Origin: Nannocystales bacterium
GTDB lineage: Bacteria > Myxococcota_A > Polyangia > Nannocystales > Nannocystaceae
Reading direction: 5' to 3'
DNA length: 64,000 bases
Assembly (NCBI GenBank): GCA_050633305.1
Contig: JBOEGF010000043.1
Location: 192,001-256,000 of the forward strand
Shown here piece after piece: positions 39,489 to 50,731 of this stretch. Numbering within the stretch: the stretch's first letter is position 1; each line of letters starts with the position of its first letter. The notes beneath the pieces are model-generated. The model saw only the letters and a list, made by a program, of their open reading frames with translations. It did no database searches and had not been told where the DNA came from. The translations under genes and the position numbers were made by a program.

Positions 39489-40213
39489 GCTGCACCTCCG
39501 GAATCGGCGGAGTTCGTGGTGGTGGTGGCTTGGCCGGGCGAGCCCAGCTTCATGCCACCGAGGCCCTGAACGTAGTCGTCCACCATGCGCCGCTGGTCGC
39601 CCGCGGCGATGGTCTTGCGGATCGCGGCTTCGGCTCGCTCCAGCGCCCGGTCGAGAATCTCGTTCTCCAGCGCCTTGCGCCGACCCTCGGCATCACGCTC
39701 GGCCGCAGCTTTGGCGGAGTCCTTGATGCGCTGAGCTTCGGCCTCGGCAGCCTCGATGATGCTCTTGCGATCGTTCTCCGCGCGCTTCTTGGCGTCGGCC
39801 TTGAGCTCCGCGATCTCGTCGTCGAGCTTCTCCATGCGCCCGCGGTACTCGGCGATGATGCTCGAGGCTTCGTCGTGCGCGGCCGTAGCCTTCTCGAGCG
39901 AGGCCTTGATGTCGTCGTGTTTGGCGGCGGTCTTCTTCCGCAGCGGGATGAAGAGCAGTTTGTTGAGGATGAACATCAACGCGGCGAAGTTGATGAGCAG
40001 CCAGAGAATGCCGGTCTTCTCCTCGCCCGCGAACGGGTCGTTGAAGAAGACGATGCCGCCGTCGTGGGCATCGGCGTGTCCGCCCGCGTCGGCGTGGCCT
40101 TCTGGTGCGCCGTGCGCAGGTGCAGCCGCGTAGGCGAGCGCCGGAAGCAAGAATGATGCGGCGACTGCAGTCGCGTGCGTCAGGGTTCGCTGAATGGGGT
40201 GGATGCGATTCAC
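39485..40213 (-). CDS. atpF: ATP synthase F0 subunit b with N-terminal signal-like/His-rich extension
   Basis: WLLINFAALMFIL TM followed by a charged coiled coil; operon position. Confidence 0.9.
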   Translation of the reverse strand: MNRIHPIQRTLTHATAVAASFLLPALAYAAAPAHGAPEGHADAGGHADAHDGGIVFFNDPFAGEEKTGILWLLINFAALMFILNKLLFIPLRKKTAAKHDDIKASLEKATAAHDEASSIIAEYRGRMEKLDDEIAELKADAKKRAENDRKSIIEAAEAEAQRIKDSAKAAAERDAEGRRKALENEILDRALERAEAAIRKTIAAGDQRRMVDDYVQGLGGMKLGSPGQATTTTNSADSGGAA

Positions 40214-40689
40214 GACGCCCTCCCGAGGACTTTTGCTGTGATCTGGTCGGCGAGTTCGTCGACCTTACCGCCGAGTGCCTCGCGGGCCTTGTCGGTCTCG
40301 GCTGCGATGCGCACGCGGTTGTCGTCGAGCTCTTTGCTGGCCGAGGCTCGAGCGCTGGCCAAGGTCTTGGCCTGCGTCGCTTCTTCTTCGCGTCGCATGT
40401 GCGAGCGCATGGTCAGGGCTTCGTCGCGGGCGGCGGCCAGCTTCGTGTCGTAGTCCGATGACAGTTCATCGGCTTCGGTACGGAGTGACTTCGCTTTGTC
40501 GAAGGCGCCGTCGATCGAGGCGACTCGCTTCGCTTGTGCTTCGAGCCATGGCGTGAAGAGCACGGGCTTGAGCACGAGGACGAGGGCACCGAAGATGCCC
40601 ATCTGGACGAAGATCGTCGCGTCGATGTCGACCACCGGAAAGGCGGCGAGCAGCGCGGGAGCGGAGGTGAGCAGAGTGAGAGGCGACAT
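40210..40689 (-). CDS. atpF: ATP synthase F0 subunit b'
   Basis: IDATIFVQMGIFGALVLVLKPVLFTP TM + coiled coil; first gene of the operon. Confidence 0.88.
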   Translation of the reverse strand: MSPLTLLTSAPALLAAFPVVDIDATIFVQMGIFGALVLVLKPVLFTPWLEAQAKRVASIDGAFDKAKSLRTEADELSSDYDTKLAAARDEALTMRSHMRREEEATQAKTLASARASASKELDDNRVRIAAETDKAREALGGKVDELADQITAKVLGRAS

Positions 40690-40815
40690 GGCGTCGGGCT
40701 TGCGCGGCCGGGCTAGCCCCGAAAAGGCTCGGGGACGGATGGTCGACGAGTCGTCGAGCAAAGGCGGTTGGGCAAAAGCCCCAAAAAGCCGCCTCAGGCC
40801 TCTGTAGGCGCGCGG

Positions 40816-40844
40816 TAGCTACCATGGGTGTTTGGCACCGTCAA
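40816..40844 (-). promoter_or_regulatory. Putative sigma-70 promoter of the atp operon
   Basis: Minus strand TTGACG-N17-TAGCTA with TG just before the -10. Confidence 0.4.
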
Positions 40845-40937
40845 CGCTGTCAGGGCCTCCGCGGCGACCGCTCACAGGGCGCTTGCGCACGTATGAGAGA
40901 TCGCTCCGGTCCCTGCTTCAGGCCCGGGCGGGCGAGA

Positions 40938-41360
40938 TCAATCTGCGGGGCTGGCTTCGGGGCTGGGCTCGGCCCCGGATTCCAAATCCGCGTCGTTTGC
41001 GACCGGGGCGTCGGCAGCCCCCTCGGCCGGGCTGTCTTCGTCCATGATGCAGCTGCCGTCGAAACGCGCTCCCTTCTCGATTTCGACGCTGGGGCTCGCG
41101 ATGTTGCCGCGGACCCTAGCCGGGGTGCGCAGCTCAACCGCCTCCAAGGCGCGAATATCTCCATGAACCGCGCCGTGGACCACGACGTGCGCGCCTTCGA
41201 TCTCCGCGCGGATGTCCGCGGTCTCCCCGACGATCAGGGTTCCTTGGGTGCGGATCTCTCCCTTGAACGCTCCATCAATGCGGACCGCGCCTTCGAAGGT
41301 GAGCTTTCCTTCGAACGAACTGCCCTGGCCGAGAATGGTCGTGATCTCCGGGGTACTCAT
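40938..41360 (-). CDS. Bactofilin (polymer-forming cytoskeletal protein)
   Basis: TILGQGSSFEGKLTFEGAVRIDGAFKGEI...IEKGARFDGSC. Confidence 0.93.
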   Translation of the reverse strand: MSTPEITTILGQGSSFEGKLTFEGAVRIDGAFKGEIRTQGTLIVGETADIRAEIEGAHVVVHGAVHGDIRALEAVELRTPARVRGNIASPSVEIEKGARFDGSCIMDEDSPAEGAADAPVANDADLESGAEPSPEASPAD

Positions 41361-41456
41361 GTGCGTCCCAATTGTGGACGAATCGGCCCACGCTTCCGGT
41401 GCGCAGTGTGGCGGAGATCGGCTGCAACGCCAACCCGGGCAGGTGCACAGGCCTGA

Positions 41457-42605
41457 ATGGCTGCGACGAGCGAGCCGTGGTCGTCCCGGACGGCCCGGGT
41501 GTTCAATCTGTCTCTCCGCGCCGTTTTCCGTGGCGTATCGTCTTCAGTTCCCATAGGCTGCGAACCGGTGGGGCTCAAGCCCGAGGACAGCGCCGAGCAG
41601 GCGGTCGTCAGCAATGGCGGCGCGCAAGCGGCGCAAGACGGTAACAATCCGACGGCGTTGCTCGCGGGATGCTTCGAGCGCGCACGTCCGGTGTTGCGTG
41701 CGCTCGTGGCGGGTGTCGACGAGGGCGATTCACTCGTCGTCGCGACCGACCGCAAGGGGTTCCCCGTCGCGCAGCGAGTTCTGCGTCGTCCCCGTGACCT
41801 GCCTCGAGCACTGGTGATCGGGCGACACAACCGGTGCGCGCTGTCGATCCCCAACGACAACCGCGTCAGCCTCCGGCACGTCCTCCTCACGGCGTGGCCC
41901 TCGGGCGGCGAAGGGTCTCCCACACGATTCCGCGGCTACGACCTCGGCGGTCGGGCTGGCGTTTTGCTGGCCGACGGCAAGCGCGTGCCCGGGTTCTCCT
42001 TTCAAGGTCATGGGCTGATCAGCCTCGGTCGCACGGTCGTCTTCGTCGTCCCTGGCAGTGAGGAAGGGGTCTCTCTTCTAGAGGGCAGCGACGTGCAGGC
42101 GTTCGAGAACCTCACCGGGCTCGATCCCAACGGAAAAGGGGTTCGACAGGCAGCCGGTGCCGCGGCAGAGCCCGGCGTCGCGCATATCGGTGGCGACGAA
42201 CCGCGCGAGTTCGGCGGGTACCGGGGGCTCGACATGGACGCACGTCCGCAACCGCGAGGCGTATTGCGGTTGCGTTCGACCAAGCCTGCCGGTCGTGGAG
42301 AAGAGGTCCGAGAACTCGACCTCGATTCTCGCCAGCTGCAGCGAGGCTTGCTGATCGGCCGCTACAGCGATCGCTGCTCGCTCGCCGGTCACGGTCGCAA
42401 CCTCTCCCGGGTGCACGCGCTGGTCTCTGAAGAGTCGGCGCGCTCGCTGCTCGTCTACGACTTGGCCAGCACAAATGGTGTCCGTCCCGCCGGAATGACC
42501 GAGGGCCCGAGCCACGCCGTCGTGCGCTTGACCGAAGACAGCCCGGTGATGCTGGGCCACTTCGAGCTGGCTTGGGTGCCGAACCGCGGCGTCAAGCTGC
42601 ATTGA
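41457..42605 (+). CDS. Tandem FHA-domain protein
   Basis: IGRH..VSLRH and IGRY..LSRVH..YDLASTNG. The true start is probably downstream of 41457. Confidence 0.75.
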   Translation: MAATSEPWSSRTARVFNLSLRAVFRGVSSSVPIGCEPVGLKPEDSAEQAVVSNGGAQAAQDGNNPTALLAGCFERARPVLRALVAGVDEGDSLVVATDRKGFPVAQRVLRRPRDLPRALVIGRHNRCALSIPNDNRVSLRHVLLTAWPSGGEGSPTRFRGYDLGGRAGVLLADGKRVPGFSFQGHGLISLGRTVVFVVPGSEEGVSLLEGSDVQAFENLTGLDPNGKGVRQAAGAAAEPGVAHIGGDEPREFGGYRGLDMDARPQPRGVLRLRSTKPAGRGEEVRELDLDSRQLQRGLLIGRYSDRCSLAGHGRNLSRVHALVSEESARSLLVYDLASTNGVRPAGMTEGPSHAVVRLTEDSPVMLGHFELAWVPNRGVKLH

Positions 42606-42612
42606 TCCATAC

Positions 42613-42635
42613 GGAGGGGCCCTCGCGGCCCCTCC
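42613..42635. terminator. GC hairpin after the FHA gene
   Basis: GGAGGGGCC-CTCGC-GGCCCCTCC; no U-tract. Confidence 0.4.
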
Positions 42636-42680
42636 CCCAAGCCGATGGCTTGGGACCCCCTCCCCAGCGGTCGCCCGGGT

Positions 42681-42789
42681 GGGCTCCGCTCGCTTCGCTC
42701 GTGCGTCCGGGGGGCTTCGCTCGTGCGTCCGGGGGGCTTCGCTCGTGCGTCCGGGGGCTTCGCTCGTGCGTCCGGGGGCTCCGCTCGCT
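42681..42789. repeat. Four tandem copies of CTTCGCTCGTGCGTCC-G5/6, flanked by the direct repeat GGGCTCCGCTCGCT
   Basis: Units start at 42693, 42715, 42737 and 42758. Confidence 0.9.
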
Positions 42790-42872
42790 CGATGGGGGGG
42801 GCGCTCTGGTGGGCTTGCGTGGCTTTGCGTGGGGAGACCGCCTTCTGCGGGGTGTGGCTGGTACTGTGAACT

Positions 42873-44267
42873 ATGGTCTGCGTGGGTCGACTGGTTGTGG
42901 GGTTGGTTGCGGTCTGTGGGCTTGCGGCCTGTGCGTCGGAAACCCGAGACTCGGATGACGCCCCGATGCAGCTGACGACGTTGTCGGACAGCGCAGGGAC
43001 GGACGGATCGGCGTCGGGCGGGGACACGACGGGCTACCTCGACGTGGGCAACGGCTCGGGCGGCGTTTCGGGAGCGGGTGACGAAGGCGGAGGGTGCGGG
43101 GCGGAGGACATTCTCGACCCCAACGCGACGTTGGAGGGGACGGTCTTTGCGCCCAACCTCGAGATCCCGATCAGCGGGGCGGTCGTGTACATCACCGACC
43201 GGCCCATTCCAGACATCCCCGATGAGTCCTACTGCGCGGAGTGTGTCGAGCTGGAGTGCGATGTGAACTTCGTGTTCACCGAGGCCGATGGCTCGTTCTC
43301 GCTTCCCGCTGTGGCCGCGCCCGGGCAGCAGCTTGTCGTGCAGAAGGGCGAATTCCGTCACGTGGTCGACTTCGATGTCGTGGAAGGGACCAACACCGTG
43401 GCACCGATGGACAGCGCGCTTCCGGGACGCTGGGATCCGGCCAACGGCATGTGGATCCCTCGGATCGCGGTCTACGAAGCGGACCCCGACCGCGTCTACA
43501 ACGTGTTGGCCAAGTTCGGTCTCGGGGAGGTCTCCGCCAGTGGCGACCTGATCCAAGGCACGGAACAGTTCGACCTGATCAGCAGCGCCGACGGATCGTG
43601 GATGGACGATCTCAACAACCTGCGCCCGTATCACATCGTCTTTGTTCCTTGCGCCACCACGAGCTTTTGGATTGGCGCCCCGGGAGTGCCCGGACTGCGG
43701 GCCCAGAATATTCGTGACTACGTCGCAGGGGGAGGCAAGTGGTACGCGACCGACCACGCCAACGAGTACATCTCGGTACCGTTCGACCCCTACGTGGACT
43801 TCCACAACGAAGCGATGCCCGATCTACAGCCGGCCTACGATGTCGTCGGGCAGGTGCTGGACCCGGATATGTTGGCGTGGCTGCAAGCCCTCCCGCCGGC
43901 GCTCAAAGACATCGGCGGCGGGTACCCGACGCTCAACCAGCTTCCGAGCGTCGAGTTGGAGCTCAACTACTCCGGCATCGATGCGGTGCACGAAGTCATG
44001 GTCGAGACCGATGAGGGCGAGCAGGTCAACGTCGGGCCATACACCTACGTTGGCGGGCCCTGTACGAGCTGCAGTGATTCCGGGAGCAGTCGGCCGATGG
44101 CGTTCGTCGGGCAGTTCGGCTGCGGTCGCATGATGTACAGCACCTTCGAGACGTCGTCTGTTGCCCACGCGGGTCTCAGTCCCCAAGAGCTCGCGCTGCT
44201 GTACATGATCCTCGAGATCGGCGTCTGTCACGACACGCCGCCCCCGCAGCCACCTCCGGTCGGATGA
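42873..44267 (+). CDS. Hypothetical lipoprotein (carboxypeptidase-regulatory-like Ig domain + unknown domain)
   Basis: LAAC lipobox, Gly/Ser/Asp linker, LEGTVFAPN..PISGAVVY, TEADGSFSL. Confidence 0.7.
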   Translation: MVCVGRLVVGLVAVCGLAACASETRDSDDAPMQLTTLSDSAGTDGSASGGDTTGYLDVGNGSGGVSGAGDEGGGCGAEDILDPNATLEGTVFAPNLEIPISGAVVYITDRPIPDIPDESYCAECVELECDVNFVFTEADGSFSLPAVAAPGQQLVVQKGEFRHVVDFDVVEGTNTVAPMDSALPGRWDPANGMWIPRIAVYEADPDRVYNVLAKFGLGEVSASGDLIQGTEQFDLISSADGSWMDDLNNLRPYHIVFVPCATTSFWIGAPGVPGLRAQNIRDYVAGGGKWYATDHANEYISVPFDPYVDFHNEAMPDLQPAYDVVGQVLDPDMLAWLQALPPALKDIGGGYPTLNQLPSVELELNYSGIDAVHEVMVETDEGEQVNVGPYTYVGGPCTSCSDSGSSRPMAFVGQFGCGRMMYSTFETSSVAHAGLSPQELALLYMILEIGVCHDTPPPQPPPVG

Positions 44268-44355
44268 CGACCGCGACCTGCGCGACGAACGGCCGGCAGG
44301 AACGCGGAGTATCGTGCGTGTGCCCGGCCGGGCGTACAGCCCCCTGGACTCGCCT

Positions 44356-44371
44356 GGGCAGGCTCTTTGCA
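44356..44371 (+). promoter_or_regulatory. Sigma-54-type -24/-12 promoter upstream of the endonuclease I gene
   Basis: GGGCAGGCTCTTTGCA: GG(44357-58)-N10-GC(44369-70), with TTGCA -12 box. Confidence 0.5.
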
Positions 44372-44411
44372 GCTACTCTCCGCCCCACTCGGCATGACTT
44401 TCACGTACACG

Positions 44412-45464
44412 ATGCGACACATCGCGACCTCGCTTGCGCTTGGCCTCTGCGTGGGAGCGGCTGCTTGCGGTGGTGAGCCTGCAAAGTCCGAAGCTGACGC
44501 GGAGTCGAAGGCGAAAGCCGAGCCCGCGCCCAAGCCCGCGCCCGAACCGGTGGTGCAGGCCGAGCCGGAGCCGCCACCGAAAACACTGCCCAAGACCCTG
44601 GCTTCGCTCGATGAGGTGATCGCGGCGGCCGTGGAGATCCACAGCCAGCACCGCCGGACCTTCTACTGCAACTGCGCCTATACCCCCCAGCTTCGGATCG
44701 CTCGAGGAACGTGCGGGTACAAGACGCGCGCCGACGAAAGCCTCTCCAAGCGCGTGGCTTGGGACCACGTGGTGCCGAACCGTGCGTTTGGAGAGCACCG
44801 CTCGTGCTGGCGAGAGCCGATCTGCCAGGACGAGGCCGGCGTGGCCTTCTCTGGCGTCCGTTGCTGCCGCGAGGTCGACGAGGAGTTCCGCGCGATGGAA
44901 CTCGATCTACAAAACCTCGTGCCTGCGGTGGGCGAGCTTCAGGCCGATCGCTCCGACTTCGACTTCGGTGAACTCGAAGGCGAAACGCGGATGTATGGAG
45001 CATGCGACTTCGAGGTGGACCGTTCGCTTCGGCGGGCCGAGCCCGACGAGGACACGCGCGGTGAGATCGCTCGTGCCTACCTCTACATGCAGGACACCTA
45101 CGGCGATGGCCTCCCGCTGACGGAGGCCGAGAGGACTCAATTCGAGGCGTGGCACGAGGCCGATCCTCCCAACGCCTGGGAGGTCCAGCGCAACCGACGA
45201 GTGGCGGCGGTGCAGGGAATCTCGAACAGCTTCTTGCCGATGATGGCGCCCGCAGGGGATGAGGATGTCGAGCCGGAGCGAGCTGGTGCCCCCACGAACG
45301 GCGGCGCAGCGAAGGCGCCGGCAGCGAAGGCGCCCGCACAGGAAGCCCCGGCAGAGGAGGCCCCCGCAAAAGCGGAGCCCGAAGGCGGAGCGGCTCCGGA
45401 GAACGACGCCGGCGGAGCGGAGCCTGTCGCAGCACCCGGCGCCGAGCCAAAGACCGCAGGGTAG
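44412..45464 (+). CDS. Endonuclease I (EndA/Vvn family) lipoprotein with altered metal ligands
   Basis: AAAC lipobox; TFYCNC, WDHVVP, DLQNLVPAVGE, RGEIARAYLYM, WHEADPP, VQGISN; Ala/Pro/Glu tails. Confidence 0.85.
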   Translation: MRHIATSLALGLCVGAAACGGEPAKSEADAESKAKAEPAPKPAPEPVVQAEPEPPPKTLPKTLASLDEVIAAAVEIHSQHRRTFYCNCAYTPQLRIARGTCGYKTRADESLSKRVAWDHVVPNRAFGEHRSCWREPICQDEAGVAFSGVRCCREVDEEFRAMELDLQNLVPAVGELQADRSDFDFGELEGETRMYGACDFEVDRSLRRAEPDEDTRGEIARAYLYMQDTYGDGLPLTEAERTQFEAWHEADPPNAWEVQRNRRVAAVQGISNSFLPMMAPAGDEDVEPERAGAPTNGGAAKAPAAKAPAQEAPAEEAPAKAEPEGGAAPENDAGGAEPVAAPGAEPKTAG

Positions 45465-45488
45465 TCGCGTCCGGCTCGGCGCGGAGGC

Positions 45489-45517
45489 CCGCTCGCCCAA
45501 CGGATTCGGGCGAGCGG
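45489..45517. terminator. Hairpin between convergent genes
   Basis: CCGCTCGCCC-N9-GGGCGAGCGG. Confidence 0.55.
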
Positions 45518-45524
45518 ATGAACC

Positions 45525-46415
45525 TTAGAACCGCATGCTGAACGCAGCGCCGCCGCCGTGGCGGTTGAAGTAGGGCGCGACGGAGTACTGGCCCTGCTCG
45601 TTCGCCTTCTTCTGCTTGTAGCCCTTGCCCAGCAAGACGCCGCCGGTCACGACCATGGCGGCACCGAACACCGCAGTTCCGATGCTTGCGCCGAGCCCGT
45701 TTTTCTCGGCGGTGCTCGCCGTGCCGATCGTGGCCGCGGTCCCGCTGAGAAGAACGAGGGCGCCGATACCACCGACGGTCCAACCGATGGCGATCATGCC
45801 CTCGGCACGGTTGTTCGCCTTGGCTTTCTTCTGCTCACGCATCACCTCGGGAGGTGGCGTGTAGCCGGTATCGAACTCGATGCTGGTCCCCGGATCAGTC
45901 TGATCGGTGGCCACCACTCCAGTGGTGGTGTCCTCGCCCGCCTCGATGCGCTTGATCCGGGCGTTGAGTTCCTGGATCCGCTTTTGCGCCTTGCCGACCT
46001 CGGCCTCGGTCTCGGGCGTCTTCTTGAACATCGCCTTGTAGCTCCCGACCCATTGCTCGAGCAGAAGCACCGCTTGCCGAAGGTGCGCGACGTCCTTGTC
46101 GACATCGAACGCCTTCTCGCGGGCGAGCGCGATGTTGTAGACCATCGCGTTGCGAACCCCGGCTTGGTTCTCGGGGACCTTGGCCATGGCTTGCTGCCAC
46201 ACGTCGATCGCACCCTCGTAGTCGAACGTGTCGTACTTCGAGCGGCCGCGTTCGAACATCTCCCGCGCCTCAGCGAGCTGTGCCTCCTCATCCGCAGCGG
46301 GTGGCGCCGCGTTCACAACCGTCGGCGCGAGCGAAACCGCGACACCCGCCGGGCAAGCGAGGGCCACGGCGAGGGTCGGGCTGATGAAGCGCTGGACGAA
46401 CGGACGTGCCGACAC
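45525..46415 (-). CDS. Exported TPR-like protein with C-terminal hydrophobic hairpin and terminal Phe
   Basis: Signal peptide; AREMFERGRSKY..YEGAIDVWQQA TPR-like helices; two Gly-rich hydrophobic segments; ends GGGAAFSMRF. Confidence 0.7.
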   Translation of the reverse strand: MSARPFVQRFISPTLAVALACPAGVAVSLAPTVVNAAPPAADEEAQLAEAREMFERGRSKYDTFDYEGAIDVWQQAMAKVPENQAGVRNAMVYNIALAREKAFDVDKDVAHLRQAVLLLEQWVGSYKAMFKKTPETEAEVGKAQKRIQELNARIKRIEAGEDTTTGVVATDQTDPGTSIEFDTGYTPPPEVMREQKKAKANNRAEGMIAIGWTVGGIGALVLLSGTAATIGTASTAEKNGLGASIGTAVFGAAMVVTGGVLLGKGYKQKKANEQGQYSVAPYFNRHGGGAAFSMRF

Positions 46416-46473
46416 GGCGCAAGCATAACGCCGTGGGGCCATCGCGGGTATCGAACCGACAGGTGGGAGTGAT

Positions 46474-48438
<1,965 letters not shown>

Positions 48439-48544
48439 GAACGCGAACTAGCACCGACGCGGAATCCGCGTCAAACCCACCGGGATCAGCCGCGGACAGC
48501 GCGCGTGATTGTCTTTCCCGGCCGGGTGCGCTACGTGCAGCTTG

Positions 48545-49498
48545 GTGGATTCCCCGCAATCGGCCCTCCTGCAGCGCCGTTTTGTCCTGATGACCGGGAA
48601 GGGCGGCGTCGGCAAGACCACACTGGTGGCTGCGCTCGCGGTTCACGCCGCATCGCTCGGCATGCGGCCCCTGGTTGTCGAACTCGGCCATCGCGAGTCC
48701 ATGCGAAGCATCTTCGGGATGGACGACATCGGGTTCACCCCCCGAGACGTCGGGCTGGGCGTCCACGCCATGAGCGTCGACGTCGATGGCGCCGTGCTCG
48801 ACTACATGATCGAGCACATCCCCTCCAAGCGGGTCGCAAAGTCGATCGTGCAGAACAAGGTGCTCGAACGACTGTTCGCAGCAATGCCGGCCGTCGGGGA
48901 GATCGCCACCCTCAACAAGCTCCGCCAGCTCGAAGCCGAGACGCTCAGCTCCGGCGCTCGGCGCTGGGGACCCATCTTCGTCGACCTGGACGCAACGGGT
49001 CATGCGCTGATGTTTCTCGAGTTGCACAGTGTCATCGACAGCATCATGGGCGCGGGCCCGATGAAACGTCTGGTCGAGGAGACAGCGCAGATGCTCGCCG
49101 ACCCCGAGCTCACGCGGCTGTGCCTCGCGGCGACGCCCGCTGAGCTGCCGGTCACCGAAACGATCGAGCTCTACGAAAAACTGCAGGGCCGGGGGTTGAT
49201 CTCCTTCGGAGCCGTGTTCGCCAACCGCATGCCGCCGGCCGGGCTTTCCGAGCAGAGCGCCGCGGCTTTGGACAGCGTCGAGTCGGCGGCCCGCTCCGTG
49301 GGTCACCCCGACGTGCTGGCGGATGTCGCCTGGGCCCGCACGGTGCAGCGGCAGTCCGCCGCGGCGCGCGCTCAGATCGATCGTCTGCGAGAACACGTGC
49401 CGCTGCCGATCGTGGAGTTGCCGCAACTCCCGGCGGCCCGAATGGATGGCGAGGTACTTGGGCGACTGGGCGCGTTGGCGGTCGGAGGTGCAGCATGA
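48545..49498 (+). CDS. ArsA/Get3-family ATPase, subunit 1
   Basis: MTGKGGVGKTT, DLDATGH, PAELPVTET, ANR. Start uncertain. Confidence 0.85.
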   Translation: MDSPQSALLQRRFVLMTGKGGVGKTTLVAALAVHAASLGMRPLVVELGHRESMRSIFGMDDIGFTPRDVGLGVHAMSVDVDGAVLDYMIEHIPSKRVAKSIVQNKVLERLFAAMPAVGEIATLNKLRQLEAETLSSGARRWGPIFVDLDATGHALMFLELHSVIDSIMGAGPMKRLVEETAQMLADPELTRLCLAATPAELPVTETIELYEKLQGRGLISFGAVFANRMPPAGLSEQSAAALDSVESAARSVGHPDVLADVAWARTVQRQSAAARAQIDRLREHVPLPIVELPQLPAARMDGEVLGRLGALAVGGAA

Positions 49499-50670
49499 GC
49501 CTGGACAAGCTCGTTCGCGAACAATCGCTCATCGTCTGTGTGGGTCCTGGCGGGGTGGGAAAAACCACGGTCTCGGCGGCCGTGGGCCTGGCCGGAGCCC
49601 GGGCGGGTCGCAAGACCGTGGTGCTCACCATCGACCCCGCCCGCCGTTTGGCGGACGCGCTGGGTCTGCCCGGCCTCGACGACGAGATCCGCCCTGTCCC
49701 GGTCGAGTCGCTTCCCGAGCTCGCCGATGGCAGTACGACGGCGCCGCTTCATGCTGCGATGGTCGATACCGCGGCGAGTTATGCGTCGCTGATCCGCCGC
49801 GTTTCGCCCGACGAGTCCACGCACCAGCGCATCCTCGACAACCGGGTGTTTCAAGCCGTCTCTCGCTCGCTCGCACGCTCGCACGCTTACGTTGCGATGG
49901 AGCGGCTGTACGACGCGATGGAGAACCACGACTACGACTTGGTCGTGCTCGACACGCCGCCAGCCCGCAACGCGCTCGACATTCTCGATGCGCCGATGTC
50001 TCTGGCGAACTTTCTCGACAGTCGGTTCGTCGAATGGTTCTTGCCCGGAGAGAGCCCCAAGGGGATTCGGGACCGGCTCATCGCCAGCGGTGGAGCGGTG
50101 GCCAAGCGCATGCTTGGGCTCGTCACCGGTCGCAAGCTTCTCGACGAAATCGTCGCGTTCCTCGAGGCCTTCGCGACACTTCGCGAAGGCTTTGCGTCGC
50201 GTGCGACCCGAGTGGATGCGAGCCTTCGAGACCCCTCGACCAGCTTCGTCCTGGTCAGCTCGGCGAACCCCTCGAGTGCCGACGACGCGGCGTGGCTGCG
50301 CCACGACCTCGAGCGCCGCAAGGTCCCGGTCTCCGGCGTCGTGTTCAACCAAAGCTACCTCCCACTCGAGCCGTCGGACACGCTCGCCCGAGTGTCGCGG
50401 CTGCGCGACGACGACCTCGATGCACGCGCGGGCTCCCTGGCGCCGCACCTGCCCAGCGTCGCTGATCCCAAAAGCCTGCTGCGAGACCTGCGGGCCATGC
50501 GAATCGAGGCGGCGGACGAAAACGCCCGCTTTGATGCCATCGTCGATGGTCTGGCGGCAGAACTCGATTCGGGCTGTGCGCAGGTTCGTGCTCCACGATT
50601 CGACGACGAGATCCGGGATCTCGGTGGTCTGCTGCGGCTGGTGAGCGTGTTGGTCGGCAAGTCTCGCTGA
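49495..50670 (+). CDS. ArsA/Get3-family ATPase, subunit 2
   Basis: GPGGVGKTT, TIDPARRLADALG, DLVVLDTPP, LDAP; ATGA overlap. Confidence 0.9.
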   Translation: MSLDKLVREQSLIVCVGPGGVGKTTVSAAVGLAGARAGRKTVVLTIDPARRLADALGLPGLDDEIRPVPVESLPELADGSTTAPLHAAMVDTAASYASLIRRVSPDESTHQRILDNRVFQAVSRSLARSHAYVAMERLYDAMENHDYDLVVLDTPPARNALDILDAPMSLANFLDSRFVEWFLPGESPKGIRDRLIASGGAVAKRMLGLVTGRKLLDEIVAFLEAFATLREGFASRATRVDASLRDPSTSFVLVSSANPSSADDAAWLRHDLERRKVPVSGVVFNQSYLPLEPSDTLARVSRLRDDDLDARAGSLAPHLPSVADPKSLLRDLRAMRIEAADENARFDAIVDGLAAELDSGCAQVRAPRFDDEIRDLGGLLRLVSVLVGKSR

Positions 50671-50731
50671 GTGCGCTGCCGTGCTCCGAGCGGGGGGACG
50701 CAGCTGATCCGCGGGCCGGCGTGATCGTCTG

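Noticed and set aside
40832..40847. TGGCACCGTCAACGC as a sigma-54 promoter
   Set aside because: Spacing fits, but the -12 box is poor and it points antisense into bactofilin. It is better explained as part of the minus-strand sigma-70 promoter.
42693..42778. 21/22-bp repeats as a CRISPR array
   Set aside because: Separated only by G-runs; no spacers.
48545..50670. Arsenic resistance operon
   Set aside because: No arsB/acr3/arsC/arsR/arsD genes, and the motifs fit the non-arsenic heterodimeric clade.
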